In this document: positions 1-8,979 of the stretch, in pieces
Numbering within the stretch: position 1 is the stretch's first letter
How the letters are laid out: every line of letters starts with the position of its first letter
Sequence record: SRR20825006_221
DNA: 58,524 nucleotides
Strand: one strand, 5' to 3'
Translations under genes and position numbers: made by a program
The notes under the pieces: generated by a model
Databases searched by the model: none
Seen by the model: the letters and a program-made list of their open reading frames with translations, nothing else
Told to the model about the DNA's origin: nothing

Positions 1-1
1 T

Positions 2-496
2 ATGGAAATGAACACCCGTATTCAAGTAGAACATCCAATTACCGAACAAGTAATTGATTATGATCTTATTCGCGAACAAATTTTGGTGGCTGCTGGAATT
101 CCAATTTCTGGAAAAAATTACACCCCACAGTTGCACTCTATTGAATGTAGAATAAACGCCGAAGATCCTTACAATGATTTTCGCCCTTCCCCTGGAAAAA
201 TAACCGTATTGCATGCGCCAGGAGGTCACGGAATTCGTTTAGACACCCACGTTTACGCGGGTTACACAATTCCGCCAAACTACGATTCTATGATTGCGAA
301 GCTTATTACGACTGCTCAAACGCGTGAGGAAGCAATAAACAAAATGAAGCGTGCTTTGGATGAATTTGTCATTGAAGGTATAAAAACAACCATTCCATTT
401 CATAGACAGTTGATGGATGAGCCGGATTATGTGGCTGGAAACTACACAACGGCATTTATGAATACATTTCATATGAATGAACCGGAAGAGGAATAA
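2..496 (+). CDS. accC: Acetyl-CoA carboxylase biotin carboxylase subunit, C-terminal part (truncated by window edge)
   Basis: [23 protein letters not shown] and [12 protein letters not shown] motifs of biotin carboxylase. Confidence 0.95.
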   Translation: MEMNTRIQVEHPITEQVIDYDLIREQILVAAGIPISGKNYTPQLHSIECRINAEDPYNDFRPSPGKITVLHAPGGHGIRLDTHVYAGYTIPPNYDSMIAKLITTAQTREEAINKMKRALDEFVIEGIKTTIPFHRQLMDEPDYVAGNYTTAFMNTFHMNEPEEE

Positions 497-574
497 ATAA
501 AAAAGTGGCAGTATCCTGTTTTTTATGAATGAAAACAGCTGTTTTTTAAAACTGACACTGAATACAATTTAACG

Positions 575-620
575 AGCATCAAATTTCAAAATATTTTATT
601 GGAATTTGATGCTTTTTTTT
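575..620 (+). terminator. Intrinsic terminator after accC
   Basis: Stem AGCATCAAATTTCAA / TTGGAATTTGATGCT (one G-U pair) followed by a T8 tract. Confidence 0.8.
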
Positions 621-652
621 ATTCCAAAAATTTATGAAGCTGTTTTCCTAAC

Positions 653-660
653 TATATTTG
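653..660 (+). promoter_or_regulatory. Bacteroidota sigma-A -7 element (TATATTTG)
   Basis: Matches TAnnTTTG 17 nt upstream of the ATG at 678. Confidence 0.55.
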
Positions 661-677
661 TTTTTAAATAAAGGGAA

Positions 678-1808
678 ATGAATCTTTCATTCTGGGAAAA
701 TAAAACGTGGTTTTCAGCTATAGATTTTGCAATTATAGGAAGTGGAATCGTTGGTTTAAACTGCGCGCTTTCACTTCGAAAAAAACACCCTAAAAGTAAA
801 ATTGTAGTTTTTGAACGCGGGATTCTTCCAAGTGGGGCGAGTACTAAAAATGCTGGTTTTGCTTGTTTTGGAAGTATTTCTGAAATTTTAGAAGACCTTA
901 AAAATCATTCTGAGGAAGAGGTAATTCATCTTGTAAAAAATAGAGTAGAAGGATTGCAATTATTGCGAAATACCTTAGGCGATACGCAAATAGATTATCA
1001 AGAATATGGCGGATATGAACTTTTCACAAACGAAGATTCTGAGCTTTTTGAAACTTGTAAATTGAAACTTAAAACCGTAAATGAACTGTTGAAACCAATT
1101 TTTAATACCGACGTTTTTTCAGAAAAAGGGAATGATTTCGGGTTTAAAAACATTCAGTCTAACTTAATTTATAACAAATTTGAAGGTCAAATAGACACTG
1201 GAAAAATGATGCTTGGCTTGATTAAAAAAGCTTCAAAAGAGAATATTTTAATTTTAAATTCTTCTGAAATTTCTAATATTTCAGACAACGGCACTTCTGT
1301 TTCGCTAAGCATAAATTCCCACCAACATCCTCAAGGTGATATTACTGTAAAAAAAGTTTTTATAGCTACAAATGGCTTCGCAAAACAATTTTTGAAGGAA
1401 GATATAAAACCTGCCAGAGCACAAGTTTTAGTTACAAAACCAATTGAAAACTTAAAAATAAAGGGTACATTTCACCTTGATAAAGGGTATTATTATTTTA
1501 GAAATATTGAAAATAGAATACTTTTTGGAGGTGGTAGAAATCTTGATTTTAAAAAGGAAGAAACCACTGAAATGGAATTAACGCAACTAATTCAAAACAA
1601 GCTAGAGGAACTACTTAAAACAGTAATTTTACCGAATCAATCTTTTGAAGTAGCGCAACGTTGGAGCGGGATTATGGGCTTAGGAAAACAGAAGAAACCT
1701 ATTATTAAAGCTGTTTCAAAAAATGTATTTTGTGGTGTCAGGCTTGGTGGAATGGGTGTTGCTATTGGTAGCTCCATCGGTAAACAATTAGCTTCTTTAT
1801 ATGATTAA
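678..1808 (+). CDS. FAD-dependent oxidoreductase (DAO / glycine oxidase family)
   Basis: GSGIVG Rossmann motif, GASTKNAGF, C-terminal WSGIMG and GGMGVAIG. Confidence 0.85.
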   Translation: MNLSFWENKTWFSAIDFAIIGSGIVGLNCALSLRKKHPKSKIVVFERGILPSGASTKNAGFACFGSISEILEDLKNHSEEEVIHLVKNRVEGLQLLRNTLGDTQIDYQEYGGYELFTNEDSELFETCKLKLKTVNELLKPIFNTDVFSEKGNDFGFKNIQSNLIYNKFEGQIDTGKMMLGLIKKASKENILILNSSEISNISDNGTSVSLSINSHQHPQGDITVKKVFIATNGFAKQFLKEDIKPARAQVLVTKPIENLKIKGTFHLDKGYYYFRNIENRILFGGGRNLDFKKEETTEMELTQLIQNKLEELLKTVILPNQSFEVAQRWSGIMGLGKQKKPIIKAVSKNVFCGVRLGGMGVAIGSSIGKQLASLYD

Positions 1809-2511
1809 AAAATTTATAAAATTTCTCTTCAAACTTTTTTTGTGGTTCATTGGGCTCTCAGGTTTATGGGTGCTTATCTATAAATTTGTTCCTGTTCCAT
1901 ACACTCCGTTAATGGCAATTAGAGCTATTGAAGGAGACGAAAAATATGAAACGCGTCATGATTGGGTTCCCATAGAAGAGATTTCACCGTATCTGCAATT
2001 AGCAGTTATCTGTGCAGAGGATCAAACTTTTTTAAGTCACAGTGGTTTTGATCGTGAAGCAATAGAAAAAGCGTTAGAAAGTAATGAAAAAGGTAAAAAA
2101 TTACGTGGAGGAAGTACTATTTCGCAACAAACGGCAAAAAACGCTTTTTTGTGGCCAGAAAGAAGTTGGTTTAGAAAAGGTATGGAAGCATACTTTACAG
2201 TACTCATTGAATTTCTTTGGAGTAAAGAGCGCATTTTGGAAGTATATTTAAATAGTATTGAAATGGGAAATGGCGTTTTTGGTGCGGAAGCTGCTTCACA
2301 ATATTGGTTTCATAAGCCTGCAAAAAAATTAAGTACTGAAAATGCTGCTGCAATTGCTGCTATTTTACCAAGTCCACAGCGGTATAAGGCCAACCCTGCT
2401 AGCGCATATGTGGCGCGAAGAACCCAATGGATTGTTCGCCAAATGCGCTATTATGGCCCTTTTAAACTAGAAGCCCAAAAACCTAAACCACAGAAGAAAA
2501 AGAAAAAATGA
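1801..2511 (+). CDS. mtgA: Monofunctional peptidoglycan transglycosylase (GT51)
   Basis: AEDQTFLSHSGFD, GGSTISQQTAKN, RKGMEAY and KERILEVYLN GT51 motifs; N-terminal TM helix. Confidence 0.95.
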   Translation: MIKKFIKFLFKLFLWFIGLSGLWVLIYKFVPVPYTPLMAIRAIEGDEKYETRHDWVPIEEISPYLQLAVICAEDQTFLSHSGFDREAIEKALESNEKGKKLRGGSTISQQTAKNAFLWPERSWFRKGMEAYFTVLIEFLWSKERILEVYLNSIEMGNGVFGAEAASQYWFHKPAKKLSTENAAAIAAILPSPQRYKANPASAYVARRTQWIVRQMRYYGPFKLEAQKPKPQKKKKK

Positions 2512-2966
2512 CCGTAGTAGAAATAAAATCTGAATTGCTACAACACTGCCAAAAGCAAGTTGATAATCGTTTTTCTAGAATTAAACAAACAATTGCCGAT
2601 ATTGAAGAGTCTCTTTTGGAAGAATCTAAAAGTAGCAGTGGCGATAAACACGAAACAGGACGTGCCATGCTTCAAATAGAACGTGAAAACGCTGGAAAAC
2701 AATTGCAAGAAATTGAAAAAATAATTCCCTTGCTTAAAAAAATTGAAGTGGAAACTACTTCAGATTATGCGCGTTTGGGCAGTTTGGTTTATACTGATAA
2801 ATTTAATTATTTTGTTAGCCTTTCTATTGGTGCTGTAACTGTTGAAAAGAAGGATTACCTCTGTGTTGCGCTAAATTCACCGGTTGGAATATTAATTTCA
2901 GGGAAGAAAAAAGGGGAGGTATTTAACCTAAATGGTTCGAGTTATAAAATTACGAGTGTAAAGTAA
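2508..2966 (+). CDS. GreA/GreB-like protein (coiled coil plus C-terminal beta domain)
   Basis: KSSSGDKHETGRAMLQIE coiled-coil tip; LGSLV and NSPVG..ISGKKKGE resemble the Gre C-terminal domain; ATGA overlap with mtgA. Confidence 0.65.
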   Translation: MTVVEIKSELLQHCQKQVDNRFSRIKQTIADIEESLLEESKSSSGDKHETGRAMLQIERENAGKQLQEIEKIIPLLKKIEVETTSDYARLGSLVYTDKFNYFVSLSIGAVTVEKKDYLCVALNSPVGILISGKKKGEVFNLNGSSYKITSVK

Positions 2967-2975
2967 TACCGCTTT

Positions 2976-5210
2976 TTAAAAGTGTGCTTCTTTAACCAAT
3001 TTTGGCATTTTTTCACTCATTGCAAGTAGCCATTTTAATTGTTCATGAACTAAATGTGCTTCTTCAATTTTTGAATGAAATTCAGCTAACTCTTCTTTTG
3101 TTTTATCAGCTTTTGAAAAGTGGATGTTTTTTTCAAAAGCCTCATTAAGAATCAATTCTGAGTCGATATTTTCTTCGTTTATTTCGGTAGTACTTTCTAT
3201 TAAAATAGCTTCTGAAGCCAATAGGTTTTGAGTAATTCTTTTTGAAACTTTATTGAAATTCTTAGATGCTGGTGTTGTTGGATTATTCAATATAAACGTA
3301 CTGAGTGATGCTAAAGAAGATAAAAAAGTATGGTTTAAAACCGCAATTTCATAGATTTTATCTAAGTTTTTTTGCTTTGATTTTGGTTCCTGCGTCATTC
3401 TTTGAAAAGCCGAACTAAGATCGGACATTGCTAAAAAAGCTTGCTTTCGTGCTACTTTATACTCAGAAGAAAGACTTCCTTTAGTGTTATAAAAACCGAC
3501 AATTTCTTTTAAATAAATTCTGTTCGATTTTATAGTTTCCATCAATGTATTCTGAATTCCCTGATTTTCCCATGCGGGCCAAAGCAGTAAATTTCCAAGA
3601 GTAGCAAGCCCAGCGCCAATTAAAGTATCCATAACGCGAAACTGGATTACATTAAAAATATCGGGTCTTAAAAGGGCATAAATAAAAACGACACTCAAGG
3701 TAATAAATGTGGCGGCAGCTTTATAATTTCGTTGCACCATTGAGAACGCAATGACCAAAGTAACAATAGCCAAAATACCATACACAGTTTCATTTTGCGT
3801 AATTAAAACGATTCCTACCGCCAGCGCACCACCAATTAAAGTGCCGATAGTTCTTTCTATAGATCGCGTCTTTGTAAGCCCAAACGTTGGGCGCATAATT
3901 ACAATGAGGGTGAGCAAAATCCAATATGGGTTTTGAACCGAAAAAAGCATTCCTACGCCATAGCCAATCATTGTCATAACACCGAGGCGCAACGAATGTT
4001 TAAAAATAGGGGAGCGGAGATTAAAATTTTCAAACAGGATATTTAAGTCGTACTTCTGTTTTGTTAAAAACCTCTTTGAATCTTCTTTTTTGATCATGGA
4101 TATTTCACGCTGTGCAGGATTTTTCAGCAACCATTCTATTTTTTCAATTTTCTTTATTTGCTCTTTTTGATATTTAAAAAGGTTTTTAAGCATTAGCAAA
4201 TTTTCGTCAAATCCTTCTGTTGTTTTTGATTTATAATGCGCTATTTCTTGATTTATTTTCTCTTGAAATTCTTTAATCTTTGCACTTTTCCGAAGTTTTT
4301 TTGGTGTTGAAAAAGTTATTGCAATTGCGTTTAATCTACTCGCCATTGCAAAAAGTAAGCTCTGAAAATCTTTTAATTGTTTAGGATTTTTTTTGAACAG
4401 TTCATCCGTTTTAGAATAGTTTACTGGGTTTGCCATTGCCAACTCTAGCATGTCAACCAATTGCACAAAAATGAGCAACCGTTTTCCTTCATAATTAGAT
4501 TTTCCAGAAACTGTTCTAGAGGTTATTAAAATATCGCGAAGGGTTTCGTGTGTTGCCGTAAGTTCAGTTTGTATATTCAATAAAGTTTTTAGAAGTTCCG
4601 TTCTATCTTTACTTTCAGCTACAAGTTCGCCACGAATTTTTAAATAATCTGCAGTTAATTTCAGTGTTCTTGAAAGGTAATATTCTGTTGGAGCTTTTGG
4701 AAAAATTGAATGCCGAAGTAGTGAAAGCAAGGCGTACCAAAGTCCTCCAATTCCAATAAGCAACATTCTTTCATACGGTTGCATTCCGTTAGAAATCTCC
4801 GAAAAACTTAAAACCAATGCTAAAAGTCCGGAAAAACTTATAAGCGATGCGCGAAAACCATATATGGCAGTATATGATATACAGAACATTAAAATTCCCA
4901 AAATGGGAAATAGTAACCACAGCGAAACATGAAGATAGCCGCCAATTAAACTTACAAGCATTGCCAAAAGTGTGGCGAGTAAAACACCTGTAATTTTATG
5001 ACGAATACTACCACTTACATCACTTGGGGAAGCGAGCAAGGCACCAACGCTAACGGTTATTCCAACTGAAAGTACATTTAATTTTACACCAATAATTATA
5101 GGGATTGTAAGTGCAATTCCCAAAAGAATTGCTTTTGAAAAATCGGTGCTTTTAAAGTACTCCGTTAGGTCTTTAAATGCCGTTGCGATACTAATTTTTG
5201 AAGTTTTCAC
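2976..5210 (-). CDS. FUSC family (YccS/YhfK-like) membrane protein
   Basis: Two multi-TM blocks; FKHSLRL, YWILLTLIVIMRP, RTIGTLIG and RVMDTLIG motifs; GTG start. Confidence 0.85.
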   Translation of the reverse strand: MKTSKISIATAFKDLTEYFKSTDFSKAILLGIALTIPIIIGVKLNVLSVGITVSVGALLASPSDVSGSIRHKITGVLLATLLAMLVSLIGGYLHVSLWLLFPILGILMFCISYTAIYGFRASLISFSGLLALVLSFSEISNGMQPYERMLLIGIGGLWYALLSLLRHSIFPKAPTEYYLSRTLKLTADYLKIRGELVAESKDRTELLKTLLNIQTELTATHETLRDILITSRTVSGKSNYEGKRLLIFVQLVDMLELAMANPVNYSKTDELFKKNPKQLKDFQSLLFAMASRLNAIAITFSTPKKLRKSAKIKEFQEKINQEIAHYKSKTTEGFDENLLMLKNLFKYQKEQIKKIEKIEWLLKNPAQREISMIKKEDSKRFLTKQKYDLNILFENFNLRSPIFKHSLRLGVMTMIGYGVGMLFSVQNPYWILLTLIVIMRPTFGLTKTRSIERTIGTLIGGALAVGIVLITQNETVYGILAIVTLVIAFSMVQRNYKAAATFITLSVVFIYALLRPDIFNVIQFRVMDTLIGAGLATLGNLLLWPAWENQGIQNTLMETIKSNRIYLKEIVGFYNTKGSLSSEYKVARKQAFLAMSDLSSAFQRMTQEPKSKQKNLDKIYEIAVLNHTFLSSLASLSTFILNNPTTPASKNFNKVSKRITQNLLASEAILIESTTEINEENIDSELILNEAFEKNIHFSKADKTKEELAEFHSKIEEAHLVHEQLKWLLAMSEKMPKLVKEAHF

Positions 5211-5231
5211 TAGAATGCATTTCTATAGCTG

Positions 5232-5239
5232 CAAAGATA
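5232..5239 (-). promoter_or_regulatory. -7 element TATCTTTG for the FUSC gene
   Basis: Plus-strand caaagata reads TATCTTTG on the minus strand, about 20 nt upstream of the start. Confidence 0.6.
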
Positions 5240-5295
5240 TTGCGTGCATTCCTTAAGTTCGTTAATCTTATCAGAAAAGAAAAATTAACTTGATT

Positions 5296-6231
5296 TTAGA
5301 GATGCTTTTTTAACCAGAATTTCTCACCTAATTTCAAAGAAGATTGGTGATTAAAAAAAATGGATTTATTGTTATAAATTGCTTCAATAAGAAAGTGATT
5401 GCCTTTGTAATAGCATTTTTTAATAACTACATTTAGTTTCGTTTTTTCTTCTGAAATCGTTAATTCATGTGGAAAAACTATGCTATTTTCAGAAGACAAT
5501 TTTTTTTGTGATACTAAATTAGCATTGCCAAAAAAACTAGCTTGGTATTCCGTTGAAACATTTTCATAAATATACTGCGGTGTGCCAAACATTTCTTCAG
5601 TACCATTCTTCAACATTAAAATATGATCTGAAAAAGCCAAAGCTTCTTCACTATCATGGGTTGCAGTAATACAACCAATTTTATTTTCTTTTAGATAACT
5701 GAAAATTTTTCGCTGTAATTTATTTTTTCTAAAGGTGTCTATATTACTGAAAGGTTCATCCAACAAAAGGATTTCGGGTTCGTTTGCCAATGCTTTTGCA
5801 AGTGCAACACGTTGTTTTTGTCCACCACTTAAACTTTTAATTAATGTATGTTTGAAAGTTTCCATTTCAACAACTTCGAGTAGCTCATTTATTCTTTTCT
5901 CGTCCTTTTCTTCATCTAATCCCGATAGGTGAGAACCCAAATTTTCGGCAACAGTTGTAAAAGGCATAATGTTGAATTCCTGTGCGACAAGCTTCATGAA
6001 TTTTTCGCCAGGAATGAGTGTTTTTGTTGGGCCGAGTAATTGTTTTTCGTTGAAATAAATACATCCATTTTCTAGATGGAGCAAGCCGTAAACAATATGC
6101 AAAAGGGTAGATTTTCCACAACCACTTTCACCTAAAATACTTAAATGCGCACCAGGATTTAGGGTAAAATGGATGTTTTTTAAAATGATTTTATCAGCGT
6201 ATGAAAAGGAATCGATTTCAACTTTTAGCAT
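5296..6231 (-). CDS. ABC transporter ATP-binding protein (PotA/FbpC-like, no adjacent permease)
   Basis: Walker A GESGCGKS, LSGGQKQR signature, LLLDEPF Walker B, H-loop THD. Confidence 0.9.
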   Translation of the reverse strand: MLKVEIDSFSYADKIILKNIHFTLNPGAHLSILGESGCGKSTLLHIVYGLLHLENGCIYFNEKQLLGPTKTLIPGEKFMKLVAQEFNIMPFTTVAENLGSHLSGLDEEKDEKRINELLEVVEMETFKHTLIKSLSGGQKQRVALAKALANEPEILLLDEPFSNIDTFRKNKLQRKIFSYLKENKIGCITATHDSEEALAFSDHILMLKNGTEEMFGTPQYIYENVSTEYQASFFGNANLVSQKKLSSENSIVFPHELTISEEKTKLNVVIKKCYYKGNHFLIEAIYNNKSIFFNHQSSLKLGEKFWLKKHL

Positions 6232-6243
6232 AGTTTAAAAATT

Positions 6244-6639
6244 TTATTTTGCCAAAATTCCTTCACTTTCCATTACCGGAATTTCAGTGCCATTTTTTTC
6301 AGAAATACTATTTGGCTCAAAAATAAATTTTCGTTCATATAATTTATTTTCAGCAAAGAAAGTCACTAAATATTCATTTGTAAATTCTAAAACTTCAGAA
6401 GTAATAAATTCAATTTTAGCAGCAGTTTTTGGCGCTATATTCCCCAAATTGTGACGTAATGTTGACGTTTTTTTGTCTTCACTTTTACCACGAGACAGAA
6501 CCAATACAGTATTGATAGTATCTTCACGGTTATTTATAAAATATACATTCCATTGCTTTTCTGTAAAATCTTTATCCCATTCTTTTACAGCGGCAATGTA
6601 ACTATTTTCAACCTTTGGGATTTCAATATCCTTACGCAT
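6244..6639 (-). CDS. Hypothetical protein downstream of pheS
   Basis: 131-aa ORF, co-oriented and tightly spaced between pheS and the ABC ATPase. Confidence 0.75.
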   Translation of the reverse strand: MRKDIEIPKVENSYIAAVKEWDKDFTEKQWNVYFINNREDTINTVLVLSRGKSEDKKTSTLRHNLGNIAPKTAAKIEFITSEVLEFTNEYLVTFFAENKLYERKFIFEPNSISEKNGTEIPVMESEGILAK

Positions 6640-6690
6640 CGTTTATTTGTCTTACGTTATAAAGTAGCAGTTTAATGTTTTGTAGTTATT

Positions 6691-7710
6691 TTAAAGCACA
6701 CTTTTAAACTGTTCCAAAAAGCGGACATCATTTTCGCTAAACATTCTAATATCTGGAATTTGGTGTAGTAGCATTGCAATTCGGTCTATTCCCACGCCAA
6801 AGGCAAAACCTGAGTATTCTTCAGGGTCGATACCACAATTTTTTAGCACATTTGGATCTACCATTCCACAGCCACCAATTTCTAACCAGCCTGTTCCTTT
6901 TGTAATTCTATAATCTGCTTCCGTTTCTAAACCCCAGTAAACATCGACCTCGGCACTTGGTTCTGTAAATGGAAAATAGGAGGGGCGCAGTCTAATTTTT
7001 GATTTCCCAAACATTTCGGTAGTGAAATACTGTAGCGTTTGTTTCAAATCTGCAAAACTTACGCCTTTATCCACATAAAGTCCTTCCACTTGGTGGAAAA
7101 AGCAATGCGAACGTGCTGAAATGGCTTCATTTCTATATACGCGACCTGGAGAAATAGTACGAATAGGGGGTTTATTTTCTTCCATATACCGAACCTGTAC
7201 CGATGAGGTGTGGGTGCGTAGTAAAACATCTGGATTTGTCTGAATAAAAAACGTATCCTGCATATCGCGCGCAGGGTGATATTCTGGCAGGTTTAATGCA
7301 GTAAAGTTATGCCAATCGTCTTCAATTTCTGGTCCTTCAGAAACGTTAAAACCAATGCGTAAAAAGATGTCTATAAGTTTATTTTTTACGATTGAAATAG
7401 GATGACGCGACCCCAACGGAATTGATTCTCCAGGACGTGAAAGGTCCCCGTAAACACCTTTAGTTTCTGTATTGTTTTCAATTGCTTCTTTAAGCGAATC
7501 TACTTTTTGCTGTGCAGCATTTTTAAGGGTGTTTATAACCTGCCCGAATTCCTTTTTTTGATCGTTAGACACGTTTTTAAATTCGGCGAAAAAATCATTT
7601 AAAAGTCCTTTTTTGCCTAGATATTTTATACGGAAGTTTTCAATTTCTTCTTTGTTTGTTGAAGAAAATGCATTTACTTCTGCAATATGTGTTTTTATTG
7701 TTTCTATCAT
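6691..7710 (-). CDS. pheS: Phenylalanine-tRNA ligase alpha subunit
   Basis: HPARDMQDTF, LRTHTS, YFPFTEPSAEVD and GFAFGVGIDR motifs. Confidence 0.98.
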   Translation of the reverse strand: MIETIKTHIAEVNAFSSTNKEEIENFRIKYLGKKGLLNDFFAEFKNVSNDQKKEFGQVINTLKNAAQQKVDSLKEAIENNTETKGVYGDLSRPGESIPLGSRHPISIVKNKLIDIFLRIGFNVSEGPEIEDDWHNFTALNLPEYHPARDMQDTFFIQTNPDVLLRTHTSSVQVRYMEENKPPIRTISPGRVYRNEAISARSHCFFHQVEGLYVDKGVSFADLKQTLQYFTTEMFGKSKIRLRPSYFPFTEPSAEVDVYWGLETEADYRITKGTGWLEIGGCGMVDPNVLKNCGIDPEEYSGFAFGVGIDRIAMLLHQIPDIRMFSENDVRFLEQFKSVL

Positions 7711-7954
7711 TTTACTTTTATTTTTGCCAGAAGTTTCCTGTTGTTTTCTGGCTGAAAGAGCATTAAATACTGCCGTTTTATATATTGTCCCTTTTGTTTT
7801 GCAACATTATTAATTTTTCTGTAAAGTTTCTAATATTTTTAAGGTTTTGTAGCTTGTTTCAGACAGTTAGCGTTTAAAATTTTGTTGAAAACCTGAAACG
7901 GTTTTTTAGTGCGACAAAAACTTAATGAAACCTATGTTAAGTTATTGAGAGTAA

Positions 7955-8311
7955 TTATACAATCACTTCCTTTTCAATAAAATATTGTACAATAGCTTCT
8001 TTCATTAAAACACTTTGTTCGCCTGCTTTAAGGGTAGGCAATTGTTCTAAAATTTTATAATGCGGCCAACCTTGTTCGTCAAAATATTCAAATTCATAAT
8101 ATCCATAAGGTTCTAAAAGACGGCAGATAGCAATGTGCATCAAGTTTAATTTTTCATCTTTTTTGAACTTTCTATGGAGTTGCCCCAATTCTTGTATGCC
8201 TACCAAATAAATGATAGCGTCCAAATCTAAAGTTTGTCCATCAGCAAAACGGTCGCCAAGCATATTCACTACTGCTTCCCATCGTTCCTTTAATTGTTCG
8301 TCGCGCGCCAT
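7955..8311 (-). CDS. Conserved hypothetical protein
   Basis: 118-aa ORF with ATG start and upstream TATCTTTG; GIQELG and HIAICRLL segments. Confidence 0.8.
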   Translation of the reverse strand: MARDEQLKERWEAVVNMLGDRFADGQTLDLDAIIYLVGIQELGQLHRKFKKDEKLNLMHIAICRLLEPYGYYEFEYFDEQGWPHYKILEQLPTLKAGEQSVLMKEAIVQYFIEKEVIV

Positions 8312-8332
8312 TTTTCATAAATTAATTAGCTG

Positions 8333-8340
8333 CAAAGATA
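8333..8340 (-). promoter_or_regulatory. -7 element TATCTTTG
   Basis: caaagata on the plus strand, 21 nt upstream of the 8311 start. Confidence 0.6.
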
Positions 8341-8415
8341 CATTTTACAATTCTGAATTTTCATTTCAGAAATCAGAATTTGGAAAGTAGTATATTTATA
8401 AAAAATTTATTCTAC

Positions 8416-8973
8416 ATGAACACGATAGACATTGTTATAGGCATCATTTTGATAATTGCATTTTTTATGGGTTTTAGCAAAGGTTTGTTGCGGTCGCTTG
8501 CATCGTTAGTTGGGATTGTAGTTGGCGTTTATTGCGCTATGTTTTTTTCAGGTTTTGTAGGCGAGTATCTTATTGCTTGGTTTAATTTGAGTGAAGGAAC
8601 AACAAGTGTCGTTTCATTTATTGTTACTTTTTTATTAATAATGATTTTGTTCAGTCTCCTAGGAAAAATATTGACAAAAGTTGCCGATTTTGCAATGTTG
8701 GGTATTTTTAATAAACTCCTTGGAGGTGCTTTTAACGTGTTGAAATTTGCATTTTTAATCAGTGTAGTTTTTATGTTTGTTAACGCTTCAGAAAGCTATA
8801 GAATTCTTTCAGAAGAACAACGCGATGCTTCTGTATTATATACTCCAGTAGCAATGATTGCTCCTGCAATTTTGCCTACACTAATGAAGGAAGTCGAAGA
8901 ATTTAACGATAGCGATTATGATATTTTAAATGAAAAAAGCCCCGTAGAAACGGAGCTTGAATCTGAAAATTAA
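8416..8973 (+). CDS. cvpA: CvpA / colicin V production family membrane protein
   Basis: MNTIDIV...GFSKGLLRSL and NKLLGGAF; four TM helices; ATG 8416 preferred over TTG 8380. Confidence 0.85.
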   Translation: MNTIDIVIGIILIIAFFMGFSKGLLRSLASLVGIVVGVYCAMFFSGFVGEYLIAWFNLSEGTTSVVSFIVTFLLIMILFSLLGKILTKVADFAMLGIFNKLLGGAFNVLKFAFLISVVFMFVNASESYRILSEEQRDASVLYTPVAMIAPAILPTLMKEVEEFNDSDYDILNEKSPVETELESEN

Positions 8974-8979
8974 TAAGTT

